Positions 30,940 through 44,569 of a stretch of 64,000 bases of DNA are shown here, one piece after another. Source of the stretch: the human T2T-CHM13v2.0 reference genome, Homo sapiens; NCBI RefSeq assembly GCF_009914755.1, contig NC_060931.1, one strand, 5' to 3'. The position numbers and the translations under genes were made by a program. The number at the start of each line of letters is the position of its first letter. The first letter of the stretch is position 1. Below the pieces are notes generated by a model. That model was given only the letters and a program-made list of their open reading frames with translations. It did no database searches and was not told the DNA's origin.

Positions 30940-32097
30940 AGTGGTCTTCATTTTTAGGTGTTTACTTCAGTCTGTTTCAGTACTTAGACATCACTTGCTT
31001 TGGTGGTTTCATATCTGCCACTTTATTCCATAAACATCTCTGCGATGTGCGTTTTGAAGTCCTAATTCCCAGGGGGGAGGCATCTTATGATTTGATATTT
31101 ATTTTTATTTTAAAAATCTTAATGTATTCCATCTTCTGTAAGCAGGAAAAAATGTAGGAAAATGGAAATTTCTCCAATGTTAGCTGCCCATGCCCTCTAT
31201 CTAATTGTTCCACTCTGGCCATGGTCTCTGCTTACCTCCAACTCCTCTGCCCATCCTCCAGTCAAGCCCTGCCCCTGCAGCCTGCTTCTCCTATGAGGCG
31301 GTGGCCCTAGCATCCTCTGCCTCCAGCCCTTCTGCTAAACCATCCCTGCTCTTGGCTGCGCTTTTGGGATCCTGAGTTCCCCTGAGAAGACTTCCTGGCC
31401 AGGCTCGTGCAGCACCAGTTCTGTTCACCACAGTGAATGGAGTGGCAACCTGAGGCCTTGCAAAACTAGATAAGAGACAGCTGTCTGTCTTATCTCTCTC
31501 TGCTCTTGTGTGCTGGCTTCTGATTTCAGAGAGGCCCTGAATGCAAAACCTAAGGGACCCCTGGAGTCATGGGAATAATGTGCTTATGCAGAGGAGTTGG
31601 GCAGCCCTTCCAGGGTCAGGTGACTCCATCAGCACGAGTTGCTCCTCTCCACTCACTCTGTCTGGATGCCTGGGGTCCCAGGGGGTACCCACTTGCCATC
31701 TCTTAGCTCTTATGTTTGGGAAGTGAGAGTGGCTGTTGGACTGTGCTGCAGGAGAAGGGCAAGCACAGTGTGCAGGGAGGCCTAGGCCGAGCCCATTCCT
31801 GCAAGGAGCAGTCAACTTCAAGGGGACCTGGAAGCCAAGAGTAGACTGGATGGGCTCCTGTGCATCCACCCTACCCATGTCTGCAGCCATACTCAGGCCC
31901 CAACTCTGGTGCCTGGACAAGCACAACAGCCCCAGCCCAGGTCCTTCCCTGAATGCCCTGCTGCCAGTTCCAAGGGCCCCCTGCAGGACCCTGCCCAGTT
32001 CTGGCCCTCAAAGTACTTCTGTTTCCTGTTGAGTGAGGTGCAGACTCCTCATATTGCCATTCCGGGCCTTGTAGGCTGGCCTCAGGCCACCTCATAT

Positions 32098-34238
32098 ACT
32101 TCTTACTTGGCAGCAACAAGAAAAAATGAGGGAGAAGCAAAAGCAGAACCCCCTGATAAACCCATCAGATCTCGTGAGACATATTCACTATCACAAGAAT
32201 AGCATGGGAAAGACCAGACCCCATGATTCAATTACCTCCCCCTGGGGCCCTCTCATAACACCTGGGAGTTCTGGGAGATACAATTCAAGTTGAGATTTGG
32301 GTGGGGACACAGCCAAACCATATCATTCCACCCCTGGCCTCTTCAAATCTCATGTCCTCACATTTCAAAACCAATCATGCCTTCCCAGCAGTCCCCCAAA
32401 GTCTTATTTCAGCAATTACCCAAAAGTCCACAGCCCAAAGTCTCATCTGAGACAACACAAGTCTCTTCTGCCTATGAGCCTGTAAAATCAAAAGCAAGCT
32501 AGTTACTTCCTAGATACAATGGGATACAAGTATTGGCTAAAAACAGCCATTTCAAATGGGAGAAATTGGCCAAAACAAGGGCTACAGGGTCCACCCAAGT
32601 CTGAAATCCAGCAGGGCAGTCAAATGTTAAAGCTCCAAAATGATCTCCTTTGACTCCATGTCTCACATCCAGGTCATGTTGATGCTAGAGGTGGGTTCCC
32701 ATGGATTTGGGAAGCTCCGCCCCTGTGGCTTTGCAGGTTACAGCCTCCCCACCAGCAGCTTTCCTGGGCTGGTGTTTAGTGTCTGCAGCTTTTCTAGGTG
32801 CACGATGCAAGCTGTCGGTGGATCTACTATTCTGGGTTCTGGAGGATGGTGGCCCTCTTCTCACAGCTCCACTAGGCGTGCCCCAGTAGAGACTCTGTAT
32901 GGGGTCTCTGACCCCACATTTCCCTTACACACTGCCCTAGCAGAGGTTCTCCATGAGGGCCCCACCCCTGCAGCAAACTTTTGCCTGGGCATCCAGGCAT
33001 TTCCACACATCTTCTGAAGTCTAGGTGCAGGTTCCCCAACCTCAATTCTTGATGTCTGTGCACCCACAGGCTCAACACCACGTGGAAGCTGCCAAGGCTT
33101 GGGGCTTCCACCCACTGAAGCCACACCCAACCTGTACATCAACCACAGCTGGAGTGGCTGGGACACAGGGCACCAAGTCCCTAGGCTGCACACAGCACGG
33201 GGACCCTGGGCCTGGCCCATGAAACCACTTTTTCTTCTTGGGCCTCCAGGCCTGTGATGGGAGGGGCTGCCATGAAGATCTCTGACATGGCCTGGAGACA
33301 TTTTCCCCATGGTCTTGTGGATTAACATTAGGCTCTTTGCTGTTTATGCACATTTCTGCAGCTGGCTTGAATTTCTCCCCAGAAAATGGGTTTTTCTTTT
33401 CTATCGCATAGTTAGGCTGCAAATTTTCCAAACTTTTATGCTCTGCTTTCCTCATAAAACTGAATGCCTTTAGCAGTACCCAAGTCACCTCTTGAATGCT
33501 TTGCTGCTTAGAAATTTCTTCCACCAGATACCCTAAGTTATCTTTCTCAAGTTCAAAGTTCCACAAATCTCTCAGGCAGGGCCAAAATTCTGCCAGTCTC
33601 TTTGCTAAAACATAACAGGAGTCACCTTTACTCCAGTTCCCAAGAAGTTCCTTATCTCCATCTGAGACCACCTCAGCGTGGACCTTATTGTTCATATCAC
33701 TATCGGCATTTTGGGCAAAGCCATTCAACAAGTCTCTAGAAAGTTCTAAACTTTCCCACATTTTCCTATCTTCTTCTGAGCCCTCCAAACTGTTCCAGCC
33801 TCTGCCTATTACCCAGTTCCAAAGTTGCTTCCACATTTTCAGGTATCTTTTCAGCAACACCCCACTCTACTGGTACCAATTTACTGTATTAGTTCATTTT
33901 CACACTGCTGATAAAGACATACCCAAGACTGGGAAGAAAAAGAGATTTCATTGAACTTACAGTTCCACATGGCTGGGGAGGCCTCAGAATCATAGCAGGA
34001 GGCGAAAGGCACTTCTTACGTGGCAGCAGCAAGAGAAAATGAGGAAGAAGCAAAAGCAGAAGCCCCCAGTAAACCCATGAAATCTCATGAGACTTACTCA
34101 CTATCACAAGAATAGCACAGGAAAGACCGGATCCCATGATTCAATTACCTCCCCCTGGGTCCCTCCCACAACACATGGGAGTTCTGGGAGATACAATTCA
34201 AGTTGAGATTTGAGTGGGGACACAGCCAAACCATATCA
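32098..34238 (-). mobile_element. THE1C-like MaLR provirus: truncated LTR 32098-32325, internal region 32326-33884, complete LTR 33885-34238
   Basis: Two LTR copies ending gacacagccaaaccatatca; internal ORF remnant 33072-33860 (WESLEL.RDLLNGF...LWNFELE...EEISKQQSIQ) typical of MaLR internals. Confidence 0.93.
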
Positions 34239-34239
34239 G

Positions 34240-34660
34240 TATGATACTGTACGTATCAATGTGCAGTTCTATTTGCTTTTAATATTATATTTTGAGATCT
34301 GTCACTATACACACACACACATGCACACACACACACAGTTCTATTTCATTTATTTTAATGACTCTATAATATTCTATCATGTGAATGTGACCACCTTTTA
34401 CTTTTCCACTTTTTTCTGGTTTTTACTCTTTTTTTGGATATTTGGTTTTCACTCTTTTTTGCAAGCAATGCTGTATTGAATATCCTTGTATATATGTCCT
34501 CCTCAGCCACACATGTAGGAGTTTGTTGAGGGGCTGTAAATGTGGGCCATAGGACATATACATTTCTACTTGATTTTGTCAAGTGTTTGGAACAACTTGT
34601 ATTCTAAATAACAGTGTCTGGAAGTTTCTATTTCCCCTGTCTTTACCAAGTCTTGATATA
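34240..34660 (-). mobile_element. L1M fragment with embedded (CA)n at 34308-34337
   Basis: caatgctgtattgaatatccttgta-type L1M motifs. Confidence 0.55.
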
Positions 34661-35786
34661 ATCTGTTAGGTTTGCTGTTGTGATTGGGAAGTGGAATGTG
34701 GAGCAGCGTTTCTGAAAGTTAAAAAATAATTAATTCCATCTTGGCTTGGACTCATCAGGTTAGAGCTAAGGGTTGGGGGTTAGGGGACACTTGTTTAACT
34801 AACCCATATAACCCTTGCAGGTCAAAGGTGAGTCCTAAATCGTGACTCCCCTGGGTGCGTCGAATATCAAACTATATTTGGTGCTGAGCAGCTGCAGCCA
34901 TGTTTCTGCTTTCATGTCTTGGGGATCTCGTGCATGTGTGGAGGAGATGTGCTGGAGAAGCTCATTGGTGTAATTGGTCTTCAAGGGGCCTGGAAATCAG
35001 GGCACAGTAGGCTCAGTCCTTGAGCCAGGAGTAGGATAGTAGGACACAGCTAGGGTTACAGTGTAATGGGAGATGCTGCCTTGGGCTGTGAGTGGGGATG
35101 GGGTGAGATGCCAGCAACATGGCTGAGAAAGAAACTGAGGTCAGTAACTGAGGCCAGAAGAAGACAGGATGATAGGAAGCTGTCTCCTAGACGTTCATTT
35201 CTTTTGTTAAACCATGACAGATTTGTGCTTGCTGCATATCTTAAAGGACATTCGTGGTGTCTGACATATATAATCTGTGTCCCAAATGGTGCCATAGTAT
35301 AATAATAGCTATAACAATTATGGATTGCTTATGACATACCAGGCACAAAGTGCTTTCCCTGTATGAACTTATTGAATTCTCACAATATCCCTAAGGGGGT
35401 AGATACTTGCACCACAGCATTTTAAGATAAAGACACTTGGGTATAGAGAGAGGGCTTCATTAATTTGGCCAAGATCCCATATCTAGGGATTCTTAAAGCC
35501 AGGATTAGAACCCATGGCAAATTGGTTCCAGCACCCATGTTCTTTATTCTGCATAGTGCTGCAGGACACAGGAGGAAAAGAGTGAATAAGTTGCTCTTCC
35601 TTTTTTCAGTTCTGTTTTTGAATTTCATTGCAACTAGGGAGTCAGGATAAGTTAACCCTTTAATTAACATCTGTAATCTAGCCAAGCCATTTAACTTAAA
35701 CACGGAAATAATCAATTTTGTGAGTAGACAGAGGTATAAAGAGAAACATAATTCATCTATTTGGGGTTTCTACATTCTGTCTGTGA

Positions 35787-36106
<320 letters not shown>

Positions 36107-37464
36107 AGTTTCCATTCAAGTTTTAGCTAAGGCATATAACAGGTTGAAGAGGAAAATAGTCAATCATCTGAATTGTGTTTCTCAAGTACAACTCAGTTCC
36201 CCCCAGTTCTTCCCTAATCTCTTCTTTCCCTCTCTCTGAATTAACTGGTAAAAAGGAAAATCAGCATTATGTAACTCCTTTTTCAAAGGAAAAGTGGAAA
36301 ACTCAGTGATATGCATTTTTTTTTCCCTAGCTGAAACTAAACATTCATTCAGCTGTTTGGAAGCATCTGTGTGGCTGTTTGAATCCTCTCATTTTTATTG
36401 AGCTCAGTCTGTAGGAAATGCCTGGCCTTGGCCTTCTGGAGGTGCATACCTGGGGGAGGCAGACTTGACTGGGGAGAAGCTGGCCAGCAGAGTGTCTGCC
36501 ATCAGGTCCCAAAGCCACACCCAGAGGTGGCAGCGGCAGAGCCCAGGAAAGCCATCTCTGTCCTGGCATCTGCAATTCTGGTGACTCATGAACAATCATT
36601 TTACTTTTCTCTGAAGAAGCAGGAATGACGAATTTCCAAGTCTGTTTATCTTCTCTTTGTCCCTTTCCTTTAGGACAACTGCCTCATGCTGAATCCTTAA
36701 TTTAAAGAAAATGGATGTTTCCCTCTGGCCTGAGAGCTGGGGATTCTTATCAAAAGTGACATTAAAAAAGTGCCAGACTGGCCTCCTTCCCCTTGCTGGC
36801 CCATCCTTCATCGCCCCTGCCTGCCTCCATCACTGTCTCCCATCTCCAGATCTGTCTCCACTTCCTGGGTCCCCAGAGAGAAAGCATGAGCTCATTGTTT
36901 TCCAGTGAAAAACCAGATCTGGTCTCCTTCTCGCCTCGTTTGTCTGTCAGAGCCTGGAGATGAATGATTCTTCCCCTGGCTGAAACTGTACCTGGAGGAG
37001 CTGCGCCGGGTGTCTGCACCGGGCGTGTGGGGCCGCAGGCAGGGTGGTGGCAGCTCGCGGCTCTGAACTTTCCCAAAGGTCATTAGGGATGTGATGGGAA
37101 TAAGGGATAGATTATTTACTACACACCAGATGGTAATCTAAAGCCATACCTCACCTTCTCATTCTTTCCCAAGAAGTCTGTTTCAGGCTGGAAAATACAT
37201 GAGCGAAGTGGGGAAAAAGCAGCCAAAAACACGCAGGCAGGATGGGCCATGAGGGGCACAGACGGAGACAGCTCATTCTTTATTTCCTCTTGTGAAGAAG
37301 CGGCTATGTAATGACATTTAAAAATGTCTTGTTCAAAACATGCAAAAAAACTCAGAAAAGGGGCAAAGGCATTCAGAATGCAGGAAAAAAGGAATTAGGA
37401 TAAAAAGGTGGTAGCTCCCACTAAAGATGAGGTGACCTTTACAACAGAAGACTGTGAAATGTTA

Positions 37465-37519
37465 TAGGTTGCTGCAAAAGTAATTGCGGTTTCTGCCATT
37501 AGTAGTAATGGCAACCTAG
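37465..37519. mobile_element. MADE1 (Hsmar1 MITE), right TIR partly deleted
   Basis: taggttgctgcaaaagtaattgcggtttctgccatta; flanked by TA. Confidence 0.85.
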
Positions 37520-37769
37520 TAGGTACTTTAGTTAAGAAAAAGAGTCTCTTGATAAAGGAATGAAAAGAACCTGGTTAGCAAATGCAATGATAAGGCAGAG
37601 GAATGGAAGCCATCGGCATAATTTGGGGAAGAACTCCATCCGTTGTAGTGGGAGAGGTGCCTGGTGGTCCCCCAGTGGGGAGGCTGCTTCTCTCTCTTTA
37701 TTCCTCGCTTATTTTCTTCCTTTCTCCTTTGCTTCCTTTTTCCTTCCTCTTCTCTCTCTCTCTCTTTTC

Positions 37770-38350
37770 TTCTTTGAGACAGGTCTTGCTCTATCACTTA
37801 GGCTGGAGTGCCATGGTGCCATCATAGGTCACTTTAACCATGAACTCCTGGGCTCAAGCCATCCTCTTGCCTCAGCCTCCAAGAAGCTGAAACTACAGGT
37901 GCAGGCCACCATGCCTGGCTAAATAAAAAAAATTTTTTTGGCAGGGCGCAGTGGCTCACGCCTGTAATCCCAGCACTTTGGGAGGCCGAGGCAGGTGGGT
38001 CACGAGGTCAGGAGATCGAGACCATCCTGGCTAACACGGTGAAACCCCATCTCTACTAAAAATACAAAAAATTAGCTGGGCGTAGTGGCGGGTGCCTATA
38101 GTCCCAGCTACTTGGGAGGCTGAGGCACAAGAATGGTGTGAACCCAGGAGGCGGAGCTTGCAGTGAGCTGAGATAGTGTCACTGCACCCCAGCCTGGGCA
38201 ACAGAGTGAGACTCTGTCTCAAAAAAAAAATTTGTAGACAGGATCTCTCTATGTTGCCCAGGCTGGTCTTGAACCCCTGGGCTCAAGTGATTCTCCCGCC
38301 TCGGCTTCCCAAAGTCTTAGGATGGTGGGTGTGAGCCACTGTGCCTGGCC
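37770..38350 (-). mobile_element. AluJ split at its central linker
   Basis: Right arm 37770-37921 and left arm 38231-38350, both antisense. Confidence 0.9.
37940..38230 (+). mobile_element. AluY inserted in opposite orientation inside the AluJ
   Basis: AluY diagnostics: gagatcgagaccatcctggctaacacggtg, gaatggtgtgaaccc, gcggagcttgcag. Confidence 0.93.
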
Positions 38351-38404
38351 CATTTTTATTTCTTAGTTGGAATGCTGACCACCAGATGATGTGGAAGCAT
38401 AGGT

Positions 38405-38624
38405 AGAGGTGGCTTTCTAGTGGGCCTGTCCTGGTTGCCGGGGGAGACAGGATGGCTTAAGGGAGCTGTGGAATGCAACGGTGATTTTTCTAGTGGGCTG
38501 TCCTGGTTGTAGGGGACATGGTTTTTCAGAGGTGGTTTTTCTAGTGGGGCTGAGAGGTGGTTTTTTTAGTGGGTCTGTCCTGGTTGCGGGGGGAGACAGG
38601 ATGGCTTGAAGGAGCTGTGGAATG
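38405..38624. repeat. Irregular local tandem repeat (two ~71-bp copies with partial copies between)
   Basis: Core ggtggtttt(c)tagtggg occurs four times. Confidence 0.88.
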
Positions 38625-38689
38625 AAAAGTGCTGTGAGCCTGGAGGCAGGTGACCGGTGTCTAGATTTTCAATGAAAGAGAGCACTATC

Positions 38690-39660
38690 AGGGGATTCCG
38701 TGAATATGGACAAGCAGCCCAGTTAGAGGGAGCCCTGGAAAGCTGTCCAAAAGGCTTATTAAACAGATGGTGGGTGAGCACACAGTGAGAAAGTGGTGAT
38801 GCCGGCAGAGTGAACAAGCCATGCCAAGCTGACCTCATTCCCTTTTTGGATACGGTTCTTAGACATACTGATAGGGGTGAACAGTGTGGGCAAGGTCTCT
38901 CATGACATCCAGGTGGCCAAAAGAGGAACGTACGGAGGCAGATCAGGGAGGGAGCTGAGTTCCTGGCAGCGGAATGATGGCACCCAAAGTGCTTTCTCCT
39001 AACTGCTTGATTTTGGGTCATGACAAGGCTTTGTGTGTGTGTTTGGGTAGAGTTCTGCCTCCAGCACCGCCCTGTGGAAAGATTTTAGCAATGGCTTGGC
39101 GAGGATGGGGATGGCCTGCTGATGCAGCATGTGGGACTAATTGCTAATTTGTAGAATGACAGAATCACGATCCAAAATTTTTTTCAGGGGCTGGAACAAA
39201 TAGAAGATCCTACACTGAGGTAACAAACCAAAATATTAAAAAAAACTGAAAAATGAGAAAGGACAACTTCCCGTGCACATGAAGGGGCAGAGTTGGCTTA
39301 ATAGCTTTGTTGGAGGAAACCACGTCGGCGCCATCCCCTCGGGTGACAGCACCGGCACACAGCAGCCCACAAAGCTAAGAGGAGGCCAGGCCACATGGCC
39401 AGAGCTGTGACACCAGACCTGGGAGCCGGTGGCCCTACTGGGTTTGCACAGGTCTGACTGGGCACAGGAGTGACTGTGCTCAGTGCTCCGTGTGACCCTG
39501 GGAAAGATTCTCAACCGCAGACTGAACCTGGAGGATGGCCAGTGTGACTGTGTGGTTGGGGGAGCCGGGAAGTGTTCAGCTGGAAGAAAAGGAGACTTGT
39601 GGGTGGGGAGGGGCATGATCATTGTCTTTAAATATTTATGGGCTGTTGTATGGGAAGGGG
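38690..39660 (+). mobile_element. CR1/L3 LINE relic
   Basis: gacagaatcacgatccaaaa...ctggaaca and tgttcagctggaagaaaaggagactt...ggcatgat...tgtctttaaatattt are typical of L3. Confidence 0.6.
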
Positions 39661-42277
39661 ATTTTATTGAAGGCTCACCATGGAGCAGGTTTTACATGGG
39701 TTATCTCATTTATTCCTCATCTGTTTTCTGAGGTGTGTGCTATTATTACCATCAGTATTTTGCAGATGATGAAATAGAGGCTTTGAGAGGGTGAGCCCCA
39801 AAGACTCCTGCTGGTAAGTGGCTTGTCCTGGGAATGGGGACAGGAATGTAGCTGAGACTTAAGACGTCAGATGCGGGCTAGTGAGCACTCTGAGCTCTCC
39901 TTCACTTCTGTGCTCTGTGTTACTGAGGAGCTATCTTCTCTCCAGCTTGTTAAGGGAGCTATGGAAGCAAACATTTTGTCTTACTCTGATAAGAGCAGTA
40001 GAGTCTGTAGGTGCTGAAAATCCCTGCAAATGGAAAAGTTTTACTTTATATGTTTCCAATATAAAACCTTGGAAGATCTCCTGCTTTCTTTCAGAAGAGA
40101 CTGGTATTTCCCAAGTTCTTTTGACATGTGTGGCAGGCGTACTTAAGAGTGTGTTAGGTGGATTTGAATGCCACCTCTGCCACCTAATAGCTATGCACTT
40201 TTGATAAGGATATGTCTCTAAGCTTCTCAGTCTTCATATATGAGTGGGGATAATAATGCACCTTTTAGCATTAAACAAATGAATAAAACAGTTCTGTGCA
40301 CAGTACCTAATACACAGAAAGTATTCATTAAACAGAAGCTATTGTTAAAATGAATAACAGTACTCAAAGCATCATTTTGACCATCAGGACCACAAAGGTG
40401 AAAAACACAAGCTCCTCTATCTCAGAGCTTTTACCATAGATAGAAATACCTGATGAATATATAATAAATGTGTTGCAATAGAACCAGCAGAAGGTGTTTA
40501 GGGGCAAGGTAAGGGGGTCAGAAACATGATGGTCGGGTGGGCGGGTGGGTGACAGGTTTTGAAAATGAAATTCCATGTGTGTAATGAGGAGGGTCCCCTG
40601 AGCACCTCTCATAACAAACATTTATGTAACATAGAATGGAAAGAAATTAAATATTTAGAACTCAGTCTACGCAATGCATACAAAACAACATTAAAAGGCC
40701 ACATTGATATGGCAGTACAAAAAAACAAAGCATACAAAATGGAATGCATTTGAAAGCATTGAAAATAAAAACGTAGATAACACTTTTCCTTAGTATGAAG
40801 AAAATAAAACCTTCTTTCTGGCTGGGCCTGCAGCAGCTATAAGCCTTGCAAATCCTTGGACTCAGAACATCTGGGAGGAGCAGAAGGCGCTAAAGAGAAG
40901 ACGTGGGGGAGGTGGGGTGTGGAGATTTCTTGAAATAAGCTTTTGTGAAGAGTTGCCTTTTAAATAGGGAGAGCTCCTGTCAACATTGCCGGTCTTGGTG
41001 GAGGTTGCCAAGGGTGTGCCTTCTCCACCTCTCCCATTTCTGCCCCATTTGGGGACAGGGCTGTGGGGGGTGTGGGAACCACCAGCATGGTTTGCCCACT
41101 TGGAAGCCCCAGATTATTCCTGGTTTGCTTCCTGCACCTTTCATCACCGACCAAGTTTCCCTTTTAATCTCCAATCTTTAAGCCCCTAGACTCCTGTGTT
41201 CCTCCACCCAACTCTCGTGGTCTTCTAAAGAATCCAATGTGATAATGCGAATGCATCTGATAAATGGCCTTCTTAATGTGCTAAAGAAAAATCTCCCTGC
41301 TAAGATGTTATTTTCACTTTTTTCTTTTTTGAGAAAATGCTCTTTAAAGAGGAGACGAAGCCTGAGCCTTAAATCTCTAACTGGTTTTGTCTTTTTTTGT
41401 TGGTGGTTTTTTTCCATGTGCTCTTTCTACTTTTGATTTAATCTTCCATATATTAAGCGCAGGGGATTAGCCAGGCCTCGGGCTAGAAAGTCTAAGAACT
41501 GTCAGCCCATTGGGTGAGACAGCGTCAAGTCCTAAAGGCTGACACTGTGGTGGGCAGAGGCCAGCATGTGCCACTTGGAGACCCCACGTGGGCTGGACAC
41601 TCCAGACATTGTCACCGTGGAAAGGCGAGCAACATATAGGACATGGACGATGTCCCTTCCTCCCTTTCTTTCTTTCCTCATCAGTGGATGTATTGAGTTC
41701 CTTCCATGTACAAGGCACTGTGGCTGCAAAAATAACCCTTGTTCCCAACAAATCTTCCACCCAACAGTGAATCCTTGTAGCCGTGGTGTCTGAAACTGCT
41801 GCACTCACACTGGAAAGCACATACCTGGGTTAGTAAGGCCAGACTCTGCATCCCAGCTTTTCCCCTGGCTGGCACAGATGAAGGCCTGGAAGCCTCTTTT
41901 GTGAAACAGGGCTGGTCCTAGAATACCCCTTCCTGAGGTTGTCATGGGGACAGCATGAGATAATACGGGAGCCTCTGGCGTGTGGTCAGCATTGAATAGA
42001 TTTTTGTTTGTTTTAAAAAAAGGAACTCTGGGATGGAGGAAACACACAGACTCTCAGAAGTGGTCCAGTAGTGTGTCCTGGACTACTAGAGTCTATCCCT
42101 TTGCCTGTAGATGGGTGAATACCAAGAGAGGAAAGGGCCTCGGGAGAACCAAAAAGGAAGAGAAAGCCTGCCTCATCCAACAGTGCTGATAGGACCCTTC
42201 AAAGTAACCGCAAGACTAAATTGTACCAGTTCGTTTTTCAAGCATGTAAACCTGTCTGCTACACTCCTCTAAGTCAT

Positions 42278-42720
42278 TGTTCTTAGTTTGGGTTCTTCCA
42301 AAAGTAGAGCTTGTGACAGGGACTCTGAGGGAAGCAGGTGGGCAGGAGCTGGAAGCGTGAGACTGGAAAGAGGGGAAGCCAGTCAAGAAGGTAAGGTTGA
42401 GCCAGTGACTACTGTGAGCGTCAGGTTCAATTCCAGGGGGACCCTCTGAGGAACTGTGAGAAAGCATCTCATAATTACTCTCCCAAAGGACGGGGCTGTT
42501 GCTCTCCATCTGCCACCCCTGTCACCCCCTTAGTTGAGAGCTGCTTTCCCATAGTTGCTCAGCGTGGGCTCAGTGGACTTGGGAAGGGAGTGGAGGTAGG
42601 GAGGGCTGCTGGGTGCTTGCTGTGGGCACTATCAGCTTTCCCAGGAGCGTCCACTGCAGCTTCAGCCGGAATCGGAGGTGAACGGAGGGGATGTGGCACA
42701 GGACACTGAGGGCAATTGCA
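42278..42720 (-). mobile_element. Old ERVL-class LTR (LTR33/LTR16-like)
   Basis: tcttagtttgggttcttccaaaagtagagcttgtgacaggga terminus. Confidence 0.5.
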
Positions 42721-42998
42721 CTAGTTTTGTCCACAAAGATTCCAGACTCATTTTAAGACATTGTGTAAATACAGCTTGTGGGTGGGAATTCAACCCTGGT
42801 TTGGCTTTGCTGGTAGCTCTCAGATATGGCTTCGGAGAAGACAGCAGCAGATACTTGGAGCCATTACTCAATTTACCTAGTAGATCATTTGATCAAATAG
42901 CAGGCCTTGATATCTATTTTTCACTCATCCAAATATAACTCAGGGCTTCCTATGTGCCCTTTGCTGTGCGAATGTAAACAAAAGAAATGGCTTCTGAC

Positions 42999-43293
<295 letters not shown>

Positions 43294-44569
43294 CTGATTT
43301 CGATAAACTCTGTCTAGTGCTGGAAACTGTTCTTTGAATAAAAAAGGATTTGGGAATAAAGGAGTCTAGGAAAATCTGCTGTAACTGTCCCTTTTTGGGG
43401 CAGTCACAATGTATATTAAAAACTCTTAAAGTCCTGCAATAAGGAAGCTGTTTATACTTTGTTTAACCCAACCTCTCCTAAATACATTGGGCCATCATGT
43501 TGCAATCCTACCTCACCACTTGTAAAGTGATGGGTGGAGAGAGTTCCCACATTCCAATTCTTCCTCGGCCACCCTGTCAGCACCAGGTGCCCAGGTGCCG
43601 TTGTGAGTAGTTTAGGGCCTTGCCTTTGCCTTGGGTGCTTCATCCCTTCTCAGCATCTTTGCTCTCTAGGCATCCTCTGTAGCTGAGGGGCCCTCCCTCT
43701 GGAGGAAGGGGATCTGGGATCTCAGCCCTTCAGACTTATTTACAAGAGCTTTAACAATGGGTGTCCAGGAGAACAATATTTGATCCAAAGGAATGACTCT
43801 GTAATGGAGATATAAAGTACTACAGCATTTGTTTAGGGAAGATAATTTTAGATGGGCTGAACTTAGGTCCCAGCACTGCCTCTAAAACCACTCTGCCTAG
43901 AAGGGCCCTGCTTAATATATATTACCCTTGAGTGATAGACTTCTTTGACAAGCACTTAGGAAACCCTGGATTGCTGAGAGCTGATACATGTGGGAGAAAA
44001 ACTGCCTGCTGGCATTGCTGTAGGTGTGACCAGACTTCAGAATTCAGTGTCACTGCACGCAGTTTCTGTGCCATCTCTGGCACTCTCCCTTCCTTGGTCT
44101 CTGTTTCCATACATCAGAGCTCTTGCTCCACCAGCCTCCTGGGGCTACTGTGTGGGAAAATTTATACTTGATAGACATAGATCTGTGTTTATAGCATGAT
44201 GCAAACATTTCAGTAATATTATTTCTGAGTTCCTGTGTTCATGTCCCCTTAAAGTAGTCTTAGGACAGCAACTGATAAGAATAACTAATATTTATTGAGC
44301 ACTTACTAAGTGCAGGGACCACACTTAGTACTTGATGTGAGTTGTCATGCTATGTTTGGGTCTTAGAAGACTTGAGATGGAGAAAAAGTAATGGAACAGT
44401 CTCTTCCCATTGATGCTTCCCCATGTCTCCCTTTGCCACCAGGGACCTCTAGGAAGGAAGAATGTGCTAGCATTGGACTAAGTGGAAGCTAGAGTGATGC
44501 ATTTGGAAGTGGAAGAGCGAGAGGAGATGTGAGAGGAAGAGCCCTGGAGAAAGAGAGGAATGAGCTGGA

